Assembly (NCBI GenBank): GCA_002269645.1
Contig: NIVC01000126.1
Location: 806,001-870,000, forward strand
Origin: Macrostomum lignano
Lineage: Eukaryota
Length of the DNA stretch: 64,000 nucleotides
Direction of reading: 5' to 3'
The notes beneath the pieces are model-generated. The model was not told the DNA's origin. It saw only the letters and a list, made by a program, of their open reading frames with translations, and made no database searches. The position numbers were made by a program, and so were the translations under genes. Shown here piece after piece: positions 56,518 to 64,000 of this stretch. Numbering within the stretch: the first letter of the stretch is position 1; every line of letters starts with the position of its first letter.

Positions 56518-57661
56518 TAAGATAGTCCGCCATGACCAGAATGCTTTACCAGAGTCATTGGATCAAATCACAAAGCACTCTACATTTTTTGTTAAAAAGA
56601 CAGATTCCGCACTTTAAAAATAAACTTCAACCACAGGCGATGGCCTTCTTCTCTAAAGCATAATACAATTTTATTATGTAAAAAAGCAGCAATATATTGA
56701 CTGCGATTTGAAAGTCCATGTTCTGTGTACCTGCGTTGTACAATAATAAGCTGATATATCAAAATTTTATTTTCGTTGAGTCATAACTATACGTGTATTT
56801 ATAGAATCTCATCACATAGAGTACCATTATGCCTGGCATATAGTTGGTATATGCTAACATGCGCTATTTAATTTTAATCATTTATCAGTGATATCAAACC
56901 TTTTCATTTATGTTTTTTTTCACTACCCTGCTCTGTGTGACGTGTACTATATCTGTACGCATTCGAAATGTGTTACAACTTTTTATTATGCTTAAATTAT
57001 TATTTCCTTTTTGCCGTAAACACATTTTGACTTTGTTCTTTTTTCACATCTGATATAAAAAATTGCCGTTAGTTTATTAGTGGTGCAACAATTATTTCTA
57101 TTAGTAGGTAAACTTTCTACATAGTTGAGTGCTTGATGTAAGTACATTGTACACCCAGTGCTTTCTAGTACAGCATGCACTCGCAGTAATTATACTGAAT
57201 AATGTACTCGCAGCAGCAACATGTACTCGCAGTATTAATAGTACAGTATGTACTCGCAGTAATAATTGTAGAATATGTACTAGCAGTAATAATAGTACAA
57301 AATGCACCCACATAAATCGTAGTAAATATGTGCTCACAGAAATAGTAGTACAATATGTACTCGCAGTATTAGTATTACATCGTTTAATCCTATTTAAAAT
57401 AGAAACAACAGGTTTTTGCAATAATTATACAAGTATTACAGCAGGTACAAGCACTGATCATAATCCAAGCTGTACAATTCTAGCATCGAAACCTGCCATC
57501 ATGGGCCGTAAACTCAATCGACTCTTCAAATTAATCTCCCACAGCCAACCAGGGCAGTTGGCAGCTGCACTCAATTTCCGGCAAAGAGTGGCAGATCAAG
57601 CTAGATAAGTCGAAAAAGCTGGCATCTGCGTGCGTTTATTAACACCTGAGAAGAAGAGTAA

Positions 57662-59040
57662 ATGAACGGCGAAGCGGCAACTGATGGTGTCGCTTCGTCG
57701 ACGGTAGCTCGCCAGCGTTGGCGTCTGCTGTCGCGAGCTGTAGCCAGCTACGGCCAGGGCAAGTCTGTCAGCGTCAAGGAGCTCAACTCGCTGACCACTG
57801 TGCGCCAGTTCTGTCAGTTTGGTCTGTTTGACATTACTGAAGCGGCTGGAGCTCGCAGCGCTGATGAGTTTGTTGAACAGGTGGGGAGGCATGCTCTCGC
57901 TATGAGCTTTTTTATTCCAGTGTTTACACCTGATCCTCAAGCTGAGCAGCCAGCCACTCTCCTCACCTGATCCTCAAGCTGAGCAGCCACTCTCCTCACC
58001 TGATCCTCAAGCTGAGCAGCCACTCTCCTCACCTGATCCTCAAGCTGAGCAGCCAGCCACTCTCCTCACCTGATCCTCAAGCTGAGCAGCCAGCCACTCT
58101 CCTCACCTGATCCTCAAGCTGAGCAGCCACTCCTCACTCTGACATTTTCTAACACCTGCCCTCGCCACTCTTAAATGCCATTCTGCAGACGTGGCAGCAC
58201 GTGGATCATCCAGAAATCAGGCTACAATTGTACCTGCGACAGCGCGTCCCGGCGACAGCTTGCCTGACACCCGCAGCTCTCGGTGACGGCAATAACAACA
58301 GCAAGACTACTAATAGTAGTATTATAGGCAGTAACCAAAGCGGCAATGGAAATAACACCGGAAATATTTGTGTCTGGCCTAGCGAAGAGGTCCTAGCCCA
58401 CTATGTGATCGCCCAGGCTAAAGCAGGCGAACTGATTCCTAAAGAGTTCGATGGCGATAGCGGCATCAGAGTTTGCGAATTGGGCGGCGGTCTCACCTGT
58501 CTGGCTGGCCTAGCCGCGGGTGCAGCTCTGCGGCCAAGGCTCAGCCACCTGCTGCTAACTGACGGCGATCAATTAGCATGCGAGAATGCGGCCAGGTGTT
58601 TAACAGCTAATAGGCAAATTTTAACTGGCGGCGAGGATCAAACAAGTCGAATTGAGGCCAGGGTGGCCCAGCTAGCTTGGGAGGATGCCGACTTTGATAA
58701 GCATAATTACGGTCGTTTTCACCTGGTTTTATGCGCCGATTGCCTATTCTTTCGTGAGTCGCATCGGGCGCTGATAAGAACCTTAGATAAGCTTTTGATG
58801 TTGCCGACGCCAGCCGCTACTGGCAGTAATAAACATAGAGGCGGCCTCGCTTTGATCTGCGCGCCCAGTCGAGGCCGAGGCGTAGAAGATTTCGCGCGCC
58901 TAGCCGAGGCGGCAGGCTTTGATGTCGGCGTGTCGGATAATTACGACCCCAGGGTCAGCCAGACAGCGGCTGCTGAGCAGTCGGCATCGTTTGTACCGGA
59001 TTTGCACCTGCCATTGATGCTGAGATTAACTAGGCGGTAA
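57662..59040 (+). CDS. CAMKMT: Calmodulin-lysine N-methyltransferase, exons 57662-57880 and 58189-59040
   Basis: ARQRWRLL, NTGNICVWPSEEVLAHY, VCELGGGLTCLAGL, LLTDG, CADCLFF, APSRG and HLPLMLRL match recalled CaM-KMT. Confidence 0.93.
57925..58135. repeat. 37/33-bp minisatellite (cacctgatcctcaagctgagcagccagccactctcct) in the CAMKMT intron
   Basis: About 6 copies; same family as 60267-61172. Confidence 0.93.
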
Positions 59041-60266
59041 TCTAAGATATGTTAGACAAACTAAAGTCTATTTATGTGATGCTAATTATACTACTGCGCA
59101 AGTAGTCTAGACGAGTCGTGTGTTTGTTGTTTGCGTTGACAGCTGAAACTCTAGGCCTTGAAAATGTAACAGAAATCATTCAGAAGACCTCGGGCAAACT
59201 TGTTTTGCTTACAATGGCAGATCAAACGGGGTGGTCAAGTGACCCCATCCAATAAATGGTGTGATTTTTTTTCTTTTTGTACTCTGCTTTATCTGTTGCT
59301 AGCATAGGACGCAAAACTTTTAATTGCTTTTTACTCTCAATTCTACCTTTGCAGGTATTATATACACAAATAACTTCTTTCCTTAACTATTCCTAACAAA
59401 ATTTTGTGAGCTTATCAGAATCATTTTTCACCGTTCTGCTGTGTCTGCACCTACTTTAGATTAGCAGTGAAGAAATATTTTAAAACCCTTTAGAATTTGT
59501 TACTTATTAACCTATTTTTGTAGCAAGTGTTTAACATACTTTCCAGACGTACTAAATCTTACTACTGTTAGTAAGCAGCCTCGTCTGCGCGCATGTGTGT
59601 TTTATTTTCTGCTAACTTCTGTTTAAAATCTAGCTCTTTCCTAATTTTCAGTGTCCACTCTGTAATCAAATTATTGTCTATCCTTTTCTTACTACTTATA
59701 GTAACAAAGATAGTAATATGTTTCATTCCTTTCACGTTTATAAAAATTATTGATTAACTCAATTTTTAACAGCCTTGCCTACAGATCGCACTTAACCTTT
59801 GTCAGTTCTGATGTGTTTCTTCAGTTGGGTGCAATAAAAATTATTGCCATTTTTTTAAACTTTAGAATATTCGCAGTTAGTTTGTTTTATCAGACCTGTT
59901 TAACTTTTATTAATTTGCGTCACTACTTATAAAAATCATTCATTCCGTGCACTTCATTTCTTTGAAAATATTTGCTAGATTGATTTTAGTATTGGTAATT
60001 AAGAAATCAGCCCACATACTTTATTTATTTCTTTATTTTTTCGAGATTAGTTTATTCACTTTAATAACCCTTCATAATAAAAAATTATTTGACCTTTTCA
60101 ATCTTTCCGCCATTTTTTCCCTATACTAACCTTTGCTCTGTGCTTTGTGAATTGTTTAATATTGAAAATATTTGTAATCAAAATATTAAATATAAATACA
60201 CCTTCACTGTGTTTAATATTGTTTCCATTTTAGGATAATGCCTCTTCTAATTTTTTATCGAATTCC

Positions 60267-61172
60267 TCACCTGATCCCCAAGCTGAGCAGCCAGCCACTC
60301 TCCTCACCTGATCCTCAAGCTGAGCAGCCACTCTCCTCACCTGATCCTCAAGCTGAGCAGCCAGCCACTCTCCTCACCTGATCCTCAAGCTGAGCAGCCA
60401 GCCACTCTCCTCACCTGATCCTCAAGCTGAGCAGCCAGCCACTCTCCTCACCTGATCCCCAAGCTGAGCAGCCAGCCACTCTCCTCACCTGATCCTCAAG
60501 CTGAGCAGCCAGCCACTCTCCTCACCTGATCCTCAAGCTGAGCAGCCAGCCACTCTCCTCACCTGATCCTCAAGCTGAGCAGCCAGCCACTCTCCTCACC
60601 TGATCCTCAAGCTGAGCAGCCAGCCACTCTCCTCACCTGATCCCCAAGCTGAGCAGCCAGCCACTCTCCTCACCTGATCCTCAAGCTGAGCAGCCAGCCA
60701 CTCTCCTCACCTGATCCTCAAGCTGAGCAGCCAGCCACTCTCCTCACCTGATCCCCAAGCTGAGCAGCCAGCCACTCTCCTCACCTGATCCCCAAGCTGA
60801 GCAGCCAGCCACTCTCCTCACCTGATCCTCAAGCTGAGCAGCCAGCCACTCTCCTCACCTGATCCTCAAGCTGAGCAGCCAGCCACTCTCCTCACCTGAT
60901 CCTCAAGCTGAGCAGCCAGCCACTCTCCTCACCTGATCCTCAAGCTGAGCAGCCAGCCACTCTCCTCACCTGATCCCCAAGCTGAGCAGCCAGCCACTCT
61001 CCTCACCTGATCCTCAAGCTGAGCAGCCACTCTCCTCACCTGATCCTCAAGCTGAGCAGCCACTCTCCTCACCTGATCCTCAAGCTGAGCAGCCACTCTC
61101 CTCACCTGATCCTCAATCTGAGCAGCCACTCTCCTCACCTGATCCTCAAGCTGAGCAGCCAGCCTCTTCACC
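60267..61172. repeat. 37/33-bp minisatellite, same family, immediately upstream of MIPOL1
   Basis: About 25 copies ending about 15 nt before the ATG at 61189. Confidence 0.96.
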
Positions 61173-61188
61173 TGTCCGCCATTGCTTG

Positions 61189-62999
61189 ATGGCCTCCGCA
61201 ACAGACAGGCGCCATCATCGACCAGCAGCTGACGGCGGTTACAGCTCAGCCGCTGACAGAGACGGCTCTGTGCTCCTAGTAGACATGTACAACACGGCCG
61301 ATGTGAATGATCAGCTGGCTGACCGACTCGGAGCAGCTTCGCACAGTCGCTATCCAGCTGCCACCGCGACTCCATCGCCGCAGGCATCAGCTGCAGCTCC
61401 AGCCAGCCAGCATCCGGGTCACTCAGCTGGCGTGGCCACCCTGCTTTCCGAACTGGAATCGGCCAACGCCGACATCGCTAATCTGCGTCGCCGTGTCGCC
61501 GTGCTCGAAGCCGACAACGAGCGTCTACGTCGCGAGCTCGATTCTCAACGCGTCGAAGCCGAAGCTCTGGCGACCAGTCGGGCCTACGACTTGGTGGAGA
61601 GTCTCCAGCGAGACCAGCGGACTCGGGATGAGGCAGCTGTGCAACGAATCCGACTGGCCAACACCGAGCGAGATCTGGCGCTGGAACGGGCCGAGGCTCT
61701 GGCCGCTGGTAAAGCAATAATTATTGATCTGTATAGTTCTACGAGCGTAATCTTCTGGGTCTTGTGCAGAGATGGGTTACGAATTGAAAAGGGTTTAAAG
61801 GGTGGAGAGAGGGTTAGAGGGAGGAGAGAAGGCTAAAGGGAGGAGAGAGGGGTAGAGGGAGGAGAGAGGGGTAGAGGGAGTAGAGAGGTAGAGGGAGGAG
61901 AGAGGAGTAGTGAGGGGTAGAGGGAGGAGAGAGGGGTAGAGGGAGGAGAGAGGGGTAGAGGGAGGAGAGAGGAGTAGAGAGGGGTAGAGGGAGTAGAGAG
62001 GGGTAGAGGGAGGAGAGAGGAGTAGTGAGGGGTAGAGGGAGGAGAGAGGGGTAGAGGGAGGAGAGAGGGGTAGAGGGAGGAGAGAGGGGTAGAGGGAGGA
62101 GAGAGGGGTAGAGGGAGGAGAGAGGGGTAGAGGGAGGAGAGAGGGGTAGAGGGAGGAGAGAGGGGTAGAGGGCGGAGATTGAAAAGAGAGAGTTGGAATC
62201 CAACTAGAATTTCAGCTTAATACGTTGATCGTAAACTTCAGCCAGATCCAAGAGCCAACTATTGAATTTATAATTGGGGAATCATACTTCTTCTCACTCT
62301 AATTGAACTACTCACAAGTAGCAACATCTGCAATTCTATCATTATAAATCTCTTCACCCAGGCACCGAAGCCGACGCTGAGCCTTGGCCGGCCGCCTATC
62401 GAAATGTCGGCGAGATGGACGACGACGTCCAACAAGTTGGCGACGATGTGGACGGTCTTCTAGCCAGGCTGGAAGCTGCCGACGCTGGCGAAATCATTCA
62501 ACAGCAGCAGCAGCGACAGCGTCGAAACCAACAACAGCAGCAGGACGTCTACGAGAACGAAGATTTCGTTGCCGATTCCTACGAGAACGGCGCGGCCAGC
62601 GACCAGCTGGTGGAGGAGAACGCCGCCCTGACCGCCCGCTGCCGCCAGCTGGAGGAGGAGCTTGAGAATGCCAGGATTTTGTATTCGATGCAACGCGCCC
62701 TGGGCGATCCCAGCGCCCATTCGAGACAGCGAGCTGGCGCCCAACTCGATGCCAATAATCCAGACGAGGATTACGAAGATGAAGCTGGCGAGCAGCTGGA
62801 GGACGGCGGCGAAGGCGAACTGCGAGCGAAATTCGAATCTACGCTTGAACTGATTGAAGAGGAGGCGCGAATGCGCGACGCGCAGGAGGCCAGACTGGCT
62901 GAGATGCTGCGCGCCGCCGAGGCGAGGGCGGAGAAGGCGGAGGCTCAGCTGGCGGCGGCCAGTCGAGCGTCGGGCGGCGGCAGACGGCGTGAGACGTGA
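61189..62999 (+). CDS. MIPOL1: MIPOL1-like coiled-coil protein, exons 61189-61708 and 62362-62999 (additional 5' exons possible)
   Basis: LVESLQRDQRTRDEAAVQRIRLANTERDLALERA and CRQLEEELENARILYSMQRAL match recalled MIPOL1 motifs (ERDEAVMSRLQLAIEERD; LEEEIQTLRVYYSLHKSL). AATAAA at 63016. Confidence 0.75.
61800..62175. repeat. 19-bp purine-rich repeat (agagggaggagagaggggt) in the MIPOL1 intron
   Basis: About 19 copies. Confidence 0.93.
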
Positions 63000-64000
63000 A
63001 TTTTAAGAAAACTTTAATAAAAACAGACGAAGAAGTTGTTTATACTACTTACTGAATTGCGCGTTTTTTAAAAAAACTACAAATAAAATATTAAAAACAC
63101 TGTTTTTACTACTCCCTGGTAAATTGCTTAGCAATATTATAGGTTTAAGGCTGTAGTAGTCTATTTACTACAATATAAACCTTGACGGTTTGAAATGTTT
63201 TTCGTAAAATAAATTAAACTTGGCCTTGCCCCCAATAATGAGCTGGATAGGCGATGCCCTTGGGTTGGTAGCAATAGAGGTGTATCCTATCCGCCTAGAG
63301 TCTCCCCCTCGGATACAAGCCTTCCAGACTCACTCCAAAATAGAGCTGGGTAGTGAAAAGCCTTGAGGCTCGAGACCTTCAGGGGGCCAAGACCCTGTAG
63401 TAGGATCGCTCTTGGTAATTAGCTGCCCAGACTCGCTCCAATAGTTTAAGCCATTTCCGTAGGTTTAGGAGTAACTCCTCACTCGGACCGCTTTTTTCAG
63501 TAATATTTCAAGCATTTCGCTTTCCAATTTTTCTGCGCACTCCCGAGGACTCGCTAGCTGGGGGGTGGCCTGGGTGGACTCGGTCCTAGCACCGTCCCTG
63601 ATTCCACTGTTTGGGTTGGCGGTGTCTTGTACCATAGACTTGAGGTCCTTTGCCCTCTCCCAACTAAATTGGTTTGGGTATCTCGGGTTCACAGTTTTAT
63701 CTGTGCCCTTGGCAGTGCCCTCTGCGGCAGAGCCCCTCCCAGGGCTGATCCGCGGGTAGCCCCGTAGCTTCCCACCCCGTTTAACAACAACAAAATAAAT
63801 TAAAACGCTATTTTTACTACTTAGTAACAATTTCTGCAAGTTCGAGACTTCAAATATGCTTTTTAGACAGTAAAATTCCCATGCGAGTTCTTCGTGTTAG
63901 TAGTGCGTTGCGCATACGAACGTATATTTTCGTAGCAACTCTAATTATAGATTTTTTCCGATGTCTGTCTATGTTTGAATTTCTCTTCATTTCGAGCTAC

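Noticed and set aside
54608-56617. 669-aa ORF in frame with SLC2A after its TGA (possible readthrough extension)
   Set aside because: Purely 8-aa periodic and also open on the opposite strand. The stop context TGA-TTG is not a known leaky context.
57855-57885. CTGATGAG, a possible hammerhead ribozyme core
   Set aside because: Falls in CAMKMT coding exon 1 (ADE codons), with no properly placed GAAA and stems.

Overview
Eukaryotic (metazoan) genomic DNA. The gene style, the GC-rich exons and a different minisatellite in almost every intron resemble the flatworm Macrostomum lignano, but the species is an inference. Nine conserved housekeeping genes all lie on the + strand: TRPC4AP (3' exons only), VEZT, STAM, MPV17, LARS2, CLEC16A, an SLC2A10/12-like sugar transporter, CAMKMT and MIPOL1. 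Two autonomous-type mobile elements are present. The first is a young Ty3/Gypsy LTR retrotransposon on the - strand (1-8367) with identical LTR segments, a -1 frameshift signal, a ~335-aa insert between RNase H and integrase, and a 1-nt frameshift in integrase. The second is an apparently intact Chapaev-type (RAG1-related) DNA transposon (30832-34113) with 209-bp perfect TIRs, CACAG termini and a TCTC target duplication, inside LARS2 intron 1. Also present: two tRNA-headed CORE-like SINE copies, several MITE-like elements, about 25 distinct mini/microsatellite arrays, and a ~1.8-kb foldback built from an inverted 21-bp minisatellite between LARS2 and CLEC16A. The most notable oddities are the RSS-like transposon ends, a TAG at the conserved Trp codon of MPV17, and the operon-like co-orientation of all nine genes with candidate trans-splice acceptors. 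Exon boundaries were read by eye from GT/AG sites plus recalled protein homology; no database searches were run.
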